Assembly: GCA_963736875.1 (NCBI GenBank)
Contig: CAVTQH010000003.1
Span: forward strand, 1,756-65,755
DNA length: 64,000 bases
Source: Candidatus Amesbacteria bacterium
GTDB taxonomy: Bacteria > Patescibacteriota > Microgenomatia > CAZETR01 > Amesbacteraceae
Direction: 5' to 3'
The position numbers and the translations under genes were made by a program. Below are positions 39,064 through 49,351 of this stretch, piece by piece; within the stretch, counting starts at the first letter, position 1, and every line of letters begins with the position of its first letter. The notes under the pieces were generated by a model. It made no database searches. It saw only the letters and a list, made by a program, of their open reading frames with translations, and was not told the origin of the DNA.

Positions 39064-41232
39064 TTATCTGACGGTCCAGGCACCATCTAAAATTTTACCA
39101 CGGAGGTCCCATTTGTCCTTATTGGGTTTTTCCTTTTGGTTTTCGGCCGGCGCGGATACCGATGCGGGCGGTGCAGCGGGCAGCGGTGTGGGCCGGAGGG
39201 ATACTTCAGAACAAACGGCTTTGGGTTGGGTTCCGGGGAGGAAATATTCGGTTTTACCGGGGCATGCCTGGCAAGCCAGCTCACCCGTTACCGGACAGAC
39301 AGCGATTTTTAAAATGTCTTCCGGCGGGGAAAATCCCGGGGAGGGGAATTTTTTCAAAAGCACGTCGGTCGTTCGGCGCCAGATGGGGGATGCACCGGTA
39401 ACCCCCGAGGCTACGTAACTCATGGGGGAATTGTCATTGTTGCCGACCCAAACGGCAACCAGGAAATCCGGAGTGTAACCGATTGTCCAGTTATCCCTGA
39501 GATTATTGGTGGTACCGGTTTTGACGGCTACAACAGTGCCGGGAATATAAAGCTGTGACCTTGATCCGAATGTAGGGGTGCGGGCAATGTTGTCTGAAAG
39601 AATGTCGGAAATTATAAAAGCAATTTTGGGATCGATGACCGGTTCGGGAACGGGGGAATTTTTTTCAAGTACGCGGCCGGAGCTGTCCCGGACTTCAATA
39701 ATGGGATTCAAGCCGACTTTGTTTCCGGAGTTGGCAAAAACACCGAAGGCTGTTGCCATATCGGTCATTCTGACTTCCCCCCCGCCCAAAGTTAAAGAGA
39801 GACCGAAGCGGGAAGGATCTTCCCAGGTGGTAATACCAAAAAGCCGGCCCAGACTTACCAGGTTGGCTACACCGTTGGCGGATAACAGTTTGACAGCCGG
39901 GATGTTGTAAGAAGCAGCCAGGGCAGTTCTTAAAGTGATCCGCCCGTGGTAACGATTATCATAATTTACCGGGGAATACGGAGCCTGACCGGGGATCTGA
40001 TATGTTACCGGTGAATCATCAATAAAACCTGCGGCTGTGAAGCCTTTTTGAAAAGCCAGGGTGTAGTTTAAAGGCTTGATAGCAGATCCCGGCTGACGGG
40101 AACTTAAAACGACGTTAACGTTGCCGTCATGAGCCAGATCAAAATAATCCTTTGATCCGACCATTGCCAATATTTCACCGGAGGACGGAGCAGTGACTAA
40201 GACCGCACCGTTTGAAATATTTAAGCGGGAAACTTTGGTAATTTCTTCGGCGACAATTTTTTCTGCTTCTGTCTGGATGTTTAAATCAAGTGAAGTAATG
40301 ACATCCAGGCCTCCCTGTTCGACCAGTTCGTGGCCGTATTTTTTGGCCAAAAGATCTTTGACATACATCACAAAGTGGGGAGCCCGGATATCCGTGGCCG
40401 GAGGCCGGACTGTAAGATTGACGGCGGCGGTGGTTTCGGCCTGATCCCAGGTGATAAAACCCGCTGAAACCATTTGGCGCAAAACTTCTTTCTGCCGTTC
40501 TTTGGCCAGTTCCGGATGGGTACCGAAAGGGGAATAGGTGGTGGGAGAAGCCGGAAGTCCGGCCAGAAGAGACGCTTCGGCCAGTGTCAAATTTTTAGCC
40601 GGTTTGCCGAAGTATGTTTGGGCGGCTTCTTCCAGACCGTATGTGGCTCCGCCGAAACCGACCCGGTTTAAGTACATTTCCAGGATCTGATCTTTGGAAT
40701 AGATGACTTCAACTGCAACCGAGAGAACCAGTTCCCGAAGTTTTCGTTTGAAAGTGCGTTCGGGAGAAAGGAGGGAAGTTTTGACCAGCTGCTGGGTAAT
40801 GGTAGAACCGCCCTGAAGTGACGTGGCATTTTTTAAGTTGGAAAAGAAAGCCCGGGAGATGGCCTGAACAGAAAAACCCCGATGAGAGTAAAAATCTTTG
40901 TCTTCGACGGCAATTACAGCCTGCCGGACATATGGAGGAAGATCTGAAAGCTTGACCAGGGTCCGGTTTTGGCTTTGGTAAATCTTGTAAAGTTCCGTGC
41001 CGTTTCTGTCGCGGATATGAGTGGTTAAATCCACCGGTACGGTGGACAGTGAAGAGGGGGAGGGGAGATCTTTTAAAACAAAAACGTAAAAAGAAATAAA
41101 TGAGACAAAAATACCGGAAAAAACCGCGATATAAGTAAAGCGGGAAGGACGGAACCGGATTCTGAATGATTGGACACCGGAAACTACCGGATATATCGCC
41201 TTTAAAAATCGTTTGAGAGCGGAGGGTTGCAT
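39064..41232 (-). CDS. Class A penicillin-binding protein (bifunctional transglycosylase/transpeptidase, PBP1A family).
   Basis: GT51 motifs AVIAVEDKDFYSHRGF, TITQQLVK. Transpeptidase SxxK (PGSAIKPL) and KTGTTNN. N-terminal TM. Confidence 0.85.
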   Translation of the reverse strand: MQPSALKRFLKAIYPVVSGVQSFRIRFRPSRFTYIAVFSGIFVSFISFYVFVLKDLPSPSSLSTVPVDLTTHIRDRNGTELYKIYQSQNRTLVKLSDLPPYVRQAVIAVEDKDFYSHRGFSVQAISRAFFSNLKNATSLQGGSTITQQLVKTSLLSPERTFKRKLRELVLSVAVEVIYSKDQILEMYLNRVGFGGATYGLEEAAQTYFGKPAKNLTLAEASLLAGLPASPTTYSPFGTHPELAKERQKEVLRQMVSAGFITWDQAETTAAVNLTVRPPATDIRAPHFVMYVKDLLAKKYGHELVEQGGLDVITSLDLNIQTEAEKIVAEEITKVSRLNISNGAVLVTAPSSGEILAMVGSKDYFDLAHDGNVNVVLSSRQPGSAIKPLNYTLAFQKGFTAAGFIDDSPVTYQIPGQAPYSPVNYDNRYHGRITLRTALAASYNIPAVKLLSANGVANLVSLGRLFGITTWEDPSRFGLSLTLGGGEVRMTDMATAFGVFANSGNKVGLNPIIEVRDSSGRVLEKNSPVPEPVIDPKIAFIISDILSDNIARTPTFGSRSQLYIPGTVVAVKTGTTNNLRDNWTIGYTPDFLVAVWVGNNDNSPMSYVASGVTGASPIWRRTTDVLLKKFPSPGFSPPEDILKIAVCPVTGELACQACPGKTEYFLPGTQPKAVCSEVSLRPTPLPAAPPASVSAPAENQKEKPNKDKWDLRGKILDGAWTVR

Positions 41233-41302
41233 ATGAAAAACAGAAACTTCCGGCAGGCAGGTGGATTATAAGAAGGGCGGGGGGAAGATACAATCGCCGG
41301 AT

Positions 41303-43687
41303 TTAAAACCCGGCGCGGCCGGTTTGGTCGAGGCGGATAATATCAGCTTCGCCGTAACCTCCCGGACAGTCAAGACACAACATAGTACCCAGGGGATCGG
41401 TGATTACGGAATGGTTTTGGATTTCGATCTGATCGGGATTTTCGGCCAGTTGTTTGGCTGTAGCCGGGGCCTGAGTGGGGCGGAAAACGGGGATATCCCG
41501 CCGGGAACCGGTATCAACCGGGGGAATGGTACCGGAAATGAAATACTCATAGCGGGGGGAGCAGTCCGGCGGGGGTGAGTCGGGGGCTTTGAGGCCCGAC
41601 AGGCTGCAGACCAAAGCTCCCTGGATGCCGGCAGGCTGGAGAGGCCAATGCTGGGGTAATTTTTTGAGGGCATAAGTGATAATTTTATTCCAGATGGGAG
41701 AAGCTCCGGTGACACCGGAAGCCACCCGGCTCATCGGGGTATTGTCGTTGTTTCCCACCCAGACGGCTGTCAGAAGATCGGGATTGTAGCCGATGGTCCA
41801 GTTGTCCCGCTTGTCGTTGGTGGTTCCGGTTTTAACCGAGACTTCCGGGTGACCGGAAACGTTTAAATATGAGGAGGAACCGAAAGTGGCGGAACGGGCG
41901 CCGTTGTCATAAAGAATATGGGAGATAAGAAAGGCGGTTTCGGGGGAAATCACCCGGATGTTGGCGGGGGATGAGACGGTGAAATATAGATTGTTGTTAA
42001 TGAAATAAGAATACTGCGGCAGGTCCGCAATTTTTTCAACGGGGATTTCTTTGGCATCGACTGACTCCAGAGTTTTACCAAACCGGTCTTCGACTTTGAG
42101 AATCGGATTTAAGTCGACGCGGCGTCCCTGGTTACCCAGGACGGCATAGGCGGTGGACAGGTCAAGCATGGTAACTTCGCCGCCGCCCAGGGTTAAAGAC
42201 GGACCGTATTGGGTGGGATCGGCCCAGGTAGTGATTCCGAAAGCTGAAGAGGAGGCGATAAAGTCGACCAGACCATTGAGAACGAGAGTTTTGACTGCCG
42301 GGATATTGAATGAATTTCCCAGAGCGAAACGGACCTGGGTGGGGCCGTGAAACTGGTTGTCGTAGTTGTCCGGGCAGTAGTCTTTTTGTTTGGATTGGGC
42401 AAAACAGGTGGGTTTGTCGGCCAGGACAGTGGAAGGAGTAATCAGGCGGTGTTCGATTGCCAGGGCGTAATTGACGGGTTTGATGCTGGATCCCGGCTGA
42501 CGGGGGCGTAAAACCACATTAACATTGCCGTCATGCTCCAGGTCGAAGTAGTCCCGGGAACCGACCATGGCCAGAATTTCCCCGGTCTGGGGGCGGGTGA
42601 CCAGGGCGGCGCCGTTTCCGACATTTTCTTTCTGCAGTTTGGCGGTTTCGGAAGCAACCGTATCCTGGGCAAAATTTTGCAGGTCCAAGTCCAGAGTGGT
42701 CGTGACTGTCAGACCTTCCTGTTCCACAGTGGTCAGACCGTATTTGCGGATTAACAGATCTTTGACCCAGAGAGAAAAATGGGGAGCCTGGAACGAGGGG
42801 GGAGGAGCATACAAAAGGGGTTGGGCGGAAGCTGAAGCATATTCATCTTCGGAAATAAATTTTCCTTCCAACATCTGGTCGAGGACAAATTTCTGCCTGT
42901 CACTAGCCAGCTCAGGATGGGATCCCAAAGGAGAGTAATAGCTGGGGGCGGCGGTTAAACCTGCCAAAAGAGCCGATTCGCCTACCGACAGCTGCCTGGC
43001 TGATTTGCCAAAGTATGTAAGAGCAGCCGATTCCAGACCGTATGCCGTACCGCCGTAGGGAACCTGGTTTAAGTACATTTCCAGTATCTGATCCTTGGTG
43101 TAGAGAATTTCCACCACCGCACTCAGAGTAAATTCCCGGACTTTGCGGCGAATGGTGCGGTCATCGCTTAAGAGGGCTTTTTTGACCAGCTGCTGGGTGA
43201 TGGTGGAACCGCCCTGGAGACGACCGCGGAAAAAAGTATTGATTAATGCCCGGAACATTCCCCTTAATGAAAAACCGCCGTGCTTGTAGAAATCCTTGTC
43301 CTCGGCGGCTAAAGTGGCCTGCCAGACATAGCGGGGAAGGGAGGAAAGCCGGATGGGAGTACGCCGTTCGTCGGCGTAGATTTCATAAATCAGCCGGCCC
43401 TGCCGGTCCAAAAGTTTGGTGGAAACCGGAGCCGGGTGGGAGGTAAGATTGGTGGGATTGGGGAGGTCCCAGAAAAAATAAATATTAGTAATGATAAAAA
43501 GTAATAATAATGGCAGAAAAAATGCAATCCGGTGAGATTTGACATACTCAATAAACCGGTTTTTGGGAATTTTTCGAAAGGGGATTTTTTCCCTGACGGC
43601 AAGGAAATATTTGTGCAGGGATTTGAATAATAATCGGAACTTATTTTGGCGGCGGATCTTATTTTTGAAAACCGGTTTTAGGGGCAT
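41303..43687 (-). CDS. Class A penicillin-binding protein (second PBP1A-family paralog).
   Basis: ATLAAEDKDFYKHGGFS, GGSTITQQL, PGSSIKPV, KTGTTNDKRDNW. Start taken at MPLKPVFKN (43687) to avoid the upstream + gene. Confidence 0.85.
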   Translation of the reverse strand: MPLKPVFKNKIRRQNKFRLLFKSLHKYFLAVREKIPFRKIPKNRFIEYVKSHRIAFFLPLLLLFIITNIYFFWDLPNPTNLTSHPAPVSTKLLDRQGRLIYEIYADERRTPIRLSSLPRYVWQATLAAEDKDFYKHGGFSLRGMFRALINTFFRGRLQGGSTITQQLVKKALLSDDRTIRRKVREFTLSAVVEILYTKDQILEMYLNQVPYGGTAYGLESAALTYFGKSARQLSVGESALLAGLTAAPSYYSPLGSHPELASDRQKFVLDQMLEGKFISEDEYASASAQPLLYAPPPSFQAPHFSLWVKDLLIRKYGLTTVEQEGLTVTTTLDLDLQNFAQDTVASETAKLQKENVGNGAALVTRPQTGEILAMVGSRDYFDLEHDGNVNVVLRPRQPGSSIKPVNYALAIEHRLITPSTVLADKPTCFAQSKQKDYCPDNYDNQFHGPTQVRFALGNSFNIPAVKTLVLNGLVDFIASSSAFGITTWADPTQYGPSLTLGGGEVTMLDLSTAYAVLGNQGRRVDLNPILKVEDRFGKTLESVDAKEIPVEKIADLPQYSYFINNNLYFTVSSPANIRVISPETAFLISHILYDNGARSATFGSSSYLNVSGHPEVSVKTGTTNDKRDNWTIGYNPDLLTAVWVGNNDNTPMSRVASGVTGASPIWNKIITYALKKLPQHWPLQPAGIQGALVCSLSGLKAPDSPPPDCSPRYEYFISGTIPPVDTGSRRDIPVFRPTQAPATAKQLAENPDQIEIQNHSVITDPLGTMLCLDCPGGYGEADIIRLDQTGRAGF

Positions 43688-43727
43688 GGGTTGAATTATA
43701 CCCGCAAAGGCGGTATATTTATAAGGC

Positions 43728-43979
43728 ATGGCAGTTAAAAAATCCAAGACCAAGCCCAAGACAGAGAAGATTGAGGAAAAACCGGCAGCAGCTGAAGTCA
43801 AGACGGAAATGAAGCTGCCCAAATGGCGGATGGAGGGAGAAACCGAAGAAGGGTCACTGGACCCCCAGGAAGAAAAAATTCTGGACTGGATACTGAAAGC
43901 GGTGGTGGCGTTTATCCTCGGGTGGCTGGCCTTGTCAATCCTGATGGTTATCGGCGGCTACTTCGGGATCTGGAAGTAA
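43728..43979 (+). CDS. Small Lys/Glu-rich membrane protein, a paralog of 21996..22253.
   Basis: MAVKKSKTKPKTEKIEEKPAAAE.. then the C-terminal TM segment AVVAFILGWLALSILMVIGGYFGIW. Confidence 0.45.
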   Translation: MAVKKSKTKPKTEKIEEKPAAAEVKTEMKLPKWRMEGETEEGSLDPQEEKILDWILKAVVAFILGWLALSILMVIGGYFGIWK

Positions 43980-43994
43980 TGGTACAATTTACGG

Positions 43995-44492
43995 ATGAAG
44001 GATTTTGAGAATACCAACTGGTGGAAATATCTGGATCAGAAGATGCGGGAGCTGGTAACCCAAAGTTACGCTTTACTGGAAATGGAGGAGGGAAGAGGTG
44101 AGGAAAATAAGTTTCATGACTATTCTTTTGTGGTGTTTCCCGCGGCCAAAGCTTACGAAGGATTTTTGAAAAAAGTGTTTCTGGATATGAAACTGATTAC
44201 TCCCCAGCAGTATTACAGTGACCACTTCCGGATCGGGAGGGCACTGTCGCCGACTCTGCCTAAAAGGTACCGGTCGGGGTGGGTTTTCGGAAGACTGATT
44301 GAGAATTGCCGGGGGGATACACTGCCCCTTGCAATGTGGGAGGTGTGGAAAAAAGGCAGAAACAGAACGTTTCATTACTTCCCGCAACATGAAGGATTAA
44401 TAACACTTCCGGAAGCGAGGGAACTTTTGTCTGAAATTACCCGGATGATGGAACAGGTGCTTTCGGGATGCAGGGTAAGTGATACAGTCTGA
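43995..44492 (+). CDS. Hypothetical protein; possible HEPN-like (Rx4H) nuclease-fold domain.
   Basis: 165-aa helical-looking protein with GRNRTFHYFP (R-x4-H) near the C-terminus. No other recognisable motif. Confidence 0.3.
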   Translation: MKDFENTNWWKYLDQKMRELVTQSYALLEMEEGRGEENKFHDYSFVVFPAAKAYEGFLKKVFLDMKLITPQQYYSDHFRIGRALSPTLPKRYRSGWVFGRLIENCRGDTLPLAMWEVWKKGRNRTFHYFPQHEGLITLPEARELLSEITRMMEQVLSGCRVSDTV

Positions 44493-44504
44493 TAGGGTCG
44501 AGGT

Positions 44505-45233
44505 TTGATTCACTTGCGTTGGTATGGCATACTTAAGGATCCAATGGTAAGCGGAACTGTGGCCAGTCAGAATGACGGGGGTAAGTTGTTCGAAACCCGC
44601 GGAAATGCCCCGTTTAGTTGGAAGAAACTGGCAGGCGGACTTCTGGCCAGTTCGGCAGCGGTAATCTTCGGTGTGGCGGTACTTTTGATGTCACTTTTGG
44701 CGGTGTCCAATCCGGTGGCGGTGCATCCGAGCACGGAGTCAGCGACTTTGTCAGCAGAAATGAATGCTACATCGGCCAGTTTAGTCAGAATAGAGTATTA
44801 TCTGCCGTACCCGGGACTTTTACCCGACAGCCCGCTTTATAAAATAAAAGCACTGCGGGACAGAGTCAAACTTTGGCTGACCTGGAACGAGGAGGATAAA
44901 GCCAGAAGGGAACTGTTATATGCTGACAAACGGATAAACGCTGCCATGTTTCTGGTTGAGGGGGGCAAGAACGGTCTGGGGGTGACAACAGCCACCAAGG
45001 CGGAAAAATATCTGGAGAGTGCGGTGAGCAGGGCAATAAGGCAGGCTCAGTCCGGCCGTGATGTAAAAAATCTACTGACGGATCTTTCCAAGGCATGTGC
45101 AAAACATCTGGAAGTACTCCGGGGATTGACGGAGAAAGTCGGGGCGGAAGAGCAGAAAGCATTAACACTGGTGTTTTCAACAACCAGGATGTCAGCGGAA
45201 AGAGTAGCCCAAACATTGACGGAAGTAAAATAA
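44505..45233 (+). CDS. DUF5667-like protein (N-terminal TM anchor plus conserved LPYPGxLPDSPLYKIK motif; common in CPR).
   Basis: ..YLPYPGLLPDSPLYKIKALRDRVKLWLT.. Confidence 0.45.
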   Translation: MIHLRWYGILKDPMVSGTVASQNDGGKLFETRGNAPFSWKKLAGGLLASSAAVIFGVAVLLMSLLAVSNPVAVHPSTESATLSAEMNATSASLVRIEYYLPYPGLLPDSPLYKIKALRDRVKLWLTWNEEDKARRELLYADKRINAAMFLVEGGKNGLGVTTATKAEKYLESAVSRAIRQAQSGRDVKNLLTDLSKACAKHLEVLRGLTEKVGAEEQKALTLVFSTTRMSAERVAQTLTEVK

Positions 45234-45344
45234 CCGATTGAAGCTGGTGACAGCTTTTGATACAGAAGTTGTTAGTTGACCATATTTATTTAGTGTTTTA
45301 ACGTGGCTGGTACCACTAGTTCTAGTGGTAAATGTTTTTTCAAG

Positions 45345-45794
45345 ATGAAATGTCCTTTTTGCGCCCATATTGACACTTTTGTTCTGGAGTCCAGGGTGTC
45401 CGATGACGGCCAATCACTGCGGCGCCGGCGGGAATGTTCCAGCTGTCAGAAACGGTTTACCACTTTTGAAAGAGTTGAAGGTCCGACGATATTTGTGATT
45501 AAAAGGGACGGGAGCCGGCAGCCCTTTGACCGGGAGAAGATTGTTAAAGGCATTGTCCGGTCATTTGATAAAAGACCGGTATCAATCGACCAGGTAACCC
45601 AGGTGGCGGATGAGGTGGAAAGGGAGGTCAGACGGAAGGAAGTGTCTGAAATATCTTCCAAAACTATCGGCAGAATGGTGCTTAAACGGCTGAAAAGCAT
45701 AGACAAAGTGGCATGGCTGCGGTTTGCCAGTGTTTATCTGGAACTGTCGGATGTAACGGAGTTTGAAAAGTTATTGGAAAAAGTAACTGCCTGA
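45345..45794 (+). CDS. nrdR: Transcriptional repressor NrdR.
   Basis: MKCPFCAH..DTFVLESR..RRRECSSCQKRFTTFERVE (zinc ribbon plus ATP-cone). Confidence 0.9.
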   Translation: MKCPFCAHIDTFVLESRVSDDGQSLRRRRECSSCQKRFTTFERVEGPTIFVIKRDGSRQPFDREKIVKGIVRSFDKRPVSIDQVTQVADEVEREVRRKEVSEISSKTIGRMVLKRLKSIDKVAWLRFASVYLELSDVTEFEKLLEKVTA

Positions 45795-45797
45795 AAT

Positions 45798-48242
45798 ATG
45801 CCTGAACTGAGACTTGTTAAAAGAGGAAGACCACCCCTTACCGGGAAAAGGACGGAAAAAGGGAGCGGGATAACGGGACGGAGGCCTGAGAGCGGAGTGC
45901 CGGAGGATATCAGTGCTTCCATGTGGTCGGAACAAGCTATCCGGATACTTAAAGAAAGATATTTTATTAAGGATGATAACGGGCAAGTGACGGAAACGGT
46001 GGAACAGATGTGCTGGAGGGTGGCGTGGGAAATCACCCAGGCTGAAACCAGGTTCGGTATGAAGAGAAAGGAAATGCTGGCTCTGGCCCGGGAATTTTAC
46101 AGGATTTTGATTAATCGCTGGTATTTACCGAATTCCCCGACACTGATGAATGCGGGAAAGAAAAACGGGATGCAGTATAACGGGTGCTATGTCATACCGG
46201 TTGATGATAATCTGGAGAGTATTTTTGACGGGGTGAAGTGGCAGGGACTTATTCACCAAAGCGGCGGGGGGACGGGATTTTCTTTTTCCAGACTAAGACC
46301 TAAAGGATCCCGGGTGAGAACCACAATGGGAGTGGCTTCAGGGCCGGTGTCTTTTATGCGGGTGTATAACGAAGCTACCCAGCAGATCAAACAGGGGGGT
46401 ACAAGAAGGGGTGCGAATATGGGAGTTTTAAGAGTAGACCATCCGGATATATTGGAGTTTATTCATTGCAAGGAAGACGGGGGAATAACCAATTTCAATA
46501 TTTCAGTGTCGGTTACCGATAAATTTATGAAGGCGCTTTCTGCAGGAGAGGATTATGAATTGACGGATCCGCACAGCGGCAAGGTAACCGGAAAATTGTC
46601 GGCTGCGTATGTCTGGAATGAAATTGCGCAGGGGGCCTGGAAAACCGGGGATCCGGGACTGATTTTTATTGACAGAATTAATAATTCGGCAGCTAACCCG
46701 ATCAGACTGGACGGCTGGAAAATTGAGACCACAAATCCCTGCGGGGAACAGCCGCTTTATCCGTTTGACGCCTGCAACCTGGGAAGTATCTTTTTAGGGT
46801 ACATGATAAAGGACTCCGGAAACGGGAAGAAAGAAATGGATTGGGAAAAACTGAGGAAAGTGACCAGGCTGGCGGTGCGGTTTATGGATAACGTGATTGA
46901 GATGAATCCCGTACCCCTGCCCCAGATTGCCGAGACGGTAAGAAAAATCAGACGGCTGGGACTGGGAGTGGGAGGGTGGGCTGACGCTTTGGTGGAGCTG
47001 GGGATTCCCTATGACAGTGAGAAAGCCCTGGAACTGGGGGAGGAAGTGATGCGGTTTATAAATTATGAAGGGCATAGGGAAAGCGAAAGACTGGCTTTGG
47101 TAAGAGGGGTGTTTCCGATGTGGAAGGACAGTATTTACAAAAACGGTAAGAAGATCAGGAACAGTACCATAACCACAATTGCTCCCACCGGATCAATCGG
47201 AATACTGGCTGACAGTTCCGGCGGAATTGAACCGCTTTTTGCCGTGGCCTATCAGCATGTGGTTAAGGCCGAGAACCGGATTATGAATTTTATCAATCCC
47301 AGGTTTGAGAAAGTGGCCAGGGAAAGAGGATTTTATACAGAGGAGCTGATGAAGCAGGTGGCGGAGCACGGGACGGTAAGACAGATAGAAAACATTCCCG
47401 AGGATGTCAGACGGGTCTTCGGGACGGCACATGAGATTTCTCCGCAGTGGCACGTAAAAATGCAGGCGGTTTTCCAGAAAAATACCGATAACGCGGTGAG
47501 CAAGACCATAAATTTCGGACATGATGCGGCGGCGGAGGATGTCAAGAAAGCATATACGCTGGCCTGGGAAACAGGATGCCGGGGGATTACCGTTTTCCGT
47601 GACGGGAGTAAGGGAGAGCAGGTATTAAACCTGGGGATGAAAGACGCGACACCCGGTCCACAGCAGGCTGTTTCTAAAAGTGAGGAACAGGTGGTCAAAC
47701 CCAGACCGGTGCGGGTGGAAGGAGCAACCTACAGGATTGAAACCCCGCTGGGGCGGGCATTTATAACCGTAAACCACGATGAAGACGGGAACCCGTTTGA
47801 AGTATTCGTGATTATCGGCAAAGCCGGATCGGAGGTGGCGGCAATGGCAGAAGCTCTGGGCCGTCTGATTTCCACCACTCTGAGGTTTGGGAACCATTTA
47901 CCATCCAAAGATAAAGCCAAGGAAATAATGGAGCAGTTGATGGGAATCGGGGGAAGCAGATCGGTGGGATTCGGTCAGCAAAAGGTGAGGAGTCTGCCCG
48001 ACGCGGTGGCTAAGGCCATCGGAATGCACTTCGGGTTGATCGGATTTAAACAAAGCCAGTCCGATCAGGTAAACCCGGTGAAGCCGGCAGTGCAGGAGAC
48101 TTTTATTTCGGAAGGAAACGGGCATACCCAGGTGCCGTTGTTTCAGAAAAAGGCGGATTTATGTCCAAAGTGCGGCGAAGCGGCGCTGGTGTTTGAAGAA
48201 GGCTGCAAAAAATGCTACGGATGCGGGTATTCGGAGTGTTAG
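45798..48242 (+). CDS. nrdJ: Adenosylcobalamin-dependent ribonucleoside reductase (class II, NrdJ), with a C-terminal Zn-ribbon.
   Basis: 814-aa protein: ..NPCGEQPLYPFDACNLGS.. (active-site Cys loop), C-terminal CPKCGEAALVFEEGCKKCYGCG. Confidence 0.85.
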   Translation: MPELRLVKRGRPPLTGKRTEKGSGITGRRPESGVPEDISASMWSEQAIRILKERYFIKDDNGQVTETVEQMCWRVAWEITQAETRFGMKRKEMLALAREFYRILINRWYLPNSPTLMNAGKKNGMQYNGCYVIPVDDNLESIFDGVKWQGLIHQSGGGTGFSFSRLRPKGSRVRTTMGVASGPVSFMRVYNEATQQIKQGGTRRGANMGVLRVDHPDILEFIHCKEDGGITNFNISVSVTDKFMKALSAGEDYELTDPHSGKVTGKLSAAYVWNEIAQGAWKTGDPGLIFIDRINNSAANPIRLDGWKIETTNPCGEQPLYPFDACNLGSIFLGYMIKDSGNGKKEMDWEKLRKVTRLAVRFMDNVIEMNPVPLPQIAETVRKIRRLGLGVGGWADALVELGIPYDSEKALELGEEVMRFINYEGHRESERLALVRGVFPMWKDSIYKNGKKIRNSTITTIAPTGSIGILADSSGGIEPLFAVAYQHVVKAENRIMNFINPRFEKVARERGFYTEELMKQVAEHGTVRQIENIPEDVRRVFGTAHEISPQWHVKMQAVFQKNTDNAVSKTINFGHDAAAEDVKKAYTLAWETGCRGITVFRDGSKGEQVLNLGMKDATPGPQQAVSKSEEQVVKPRPVRVEGATYRIETPLGRAFITVNHDEDGNPFEVFVIIGKAGSEVAAMAEALGRLISTTLRFGNHLPSKDKAKEIMEQLMGIGGSRSVGFGQQKVRSLPDAVAKAIGMHFGLIGFKQSQSDQVNPVKPAVQETFISEGNGHTQVPLFQKKADLCPKCGEAALVFEEGCKKCYGCGYSEC

Positions 48243-48742
48243 GAAATGGGAGGCGGACTGTTGGGTGAGCGGCGAAGGTAAATGAGGGTGTGGGAAAGAA
48301 TTCCGGGGCCCAAAAATTCTTCTGAGGAGAGTTTGGAGTGAGATAGGTAGTTTTGGAAAGCCAGGGTATAACCTTCATCCGGGAAGGGATAATGGGCATG
48401 ATCATTAGCGTCAATCCAAAAAGCCTGATTTTTTTGGGACTCCGGGACGGTACCCTGGGCGAGACAAAGGTAGGTGATTCTGACTACCTGGACGGAGCGG
48501 TTGATGAGATCCAAATAAGTGGTGACGTTTAAAGGCACAGAAATGGTTGTGATAGTCAGTCCGGTTTCGGCCTGAACTTTTTCAACCAGACTATCCCTTA
48601 AACTTTGTCCGAATTTGAGATGACCGCCGGGAAAATCCCAAAGAGCCTGGCCATCCTGGCTTAAAGGGTGTTTGGTAACCAGACATTGCCATTTGGAATT
48701 ACTGATAAAAGCTTTCTGAACAATGGTAATGGTGTCGTTCAT
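48239..48742 (-). CDS. NUDIX hydrolase.
   Basis: Nudix box GGHLKFGQSLRDSLVEKVQAETGL (Gx5Ex7REUxEExGU). Confidence 0.8.
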   Translation of the reverse strand: MNDTITIVQKAFISNSKWQCLVTKHPLSQDGQALWDFPGGHLKFGQSLRDSLVEKVQAETGLTITTISVPLNVTTYLDLINRSVQVVRITYLCLAQGTVPESQKNQAFWIDANDHAHYPFPDEGYTLAFQNYLSHSKLSSEEFLGPGILSHTLIYLRRSPNSPPPIS

Positions 48743-48788
48743 AATATCAGTTTATACAATTTGGCAACGCCGCGCCAGTGGTGCGATA

Positions 48789-49325
48789 ATGCTTGCTGTG
48801 AGAAAGATCTATACCAAAGCAGGGGACGGGGGGATTACGGAGATTTTGGGGAAAAAGGTCAGGAAAGATGATAATTTGATTGAGGTATTGGGAAGCCTGG
48901 ATGAACTGAACAGCTGGATAGGATTCGTAAGGACCCACTCGCCGCTTCGCGGGCAAATTCAGAATGAGTTGAAAAATATTCAGAACAATTTGCTTTTAAT
49001 CAGTTCGGGACTGGCAGGAAGCGGGAAAGGGCTGAATCCTGATGAAACCGGAAAACTGGAGAGATTGATCGATAAACTGTCCAAGGATTTGCCGCCTCTG
49101 ACAAGCTTTATTTATCCGGCGGGGGAAATGCATATTGCCAGGGCGGTAGCCAGAAGAGCAGAGAGAGAGATGGTAAGAATTTTCAATTTTCAATTTTCAA
49201 TTTTCAATAAAAGGGATAAATCTTTAATCTTGAAGTATATGAACAGGCTGTCTGATGCACTGTTTGTAATGGCCAGGTGGGTGAACCGGAAGAAGGGAAT
49301 CGGGGAAGAAGTGTGGAAGGGGTAG
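48789..49325 (+). CDS. ATP:cob(I)alamin adenosyltransferase, PduO type.
   Basis: IYTKAGDGGITEILGKKVRKDD..LDELNSWIG (PduO N-terminal signature). Contains a (ttttcaa)x4 microsatellite at ~49183-49210, encoding FNFQFSIFNK. Confidence 0.75.
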   Translation: MLAVRKIYTKAGDGGITEILGKKVRKDDNLIEVLGSLDELNSWIGFVRTHSPLRGQIQNELKNIQNNLLLISSGLAGSGKGLNPDETGKLERLIDKLSKDLPPLTSFIYPAGEMHIARAVARRAEREMVRIFNFQFSIFNKRDKSLILKYMNRLSDALFVMARWVNRKKGIGEEVWKG

Positions 49326-49351
49326 TGAGTAACTGGTAGTATAAATATGGT

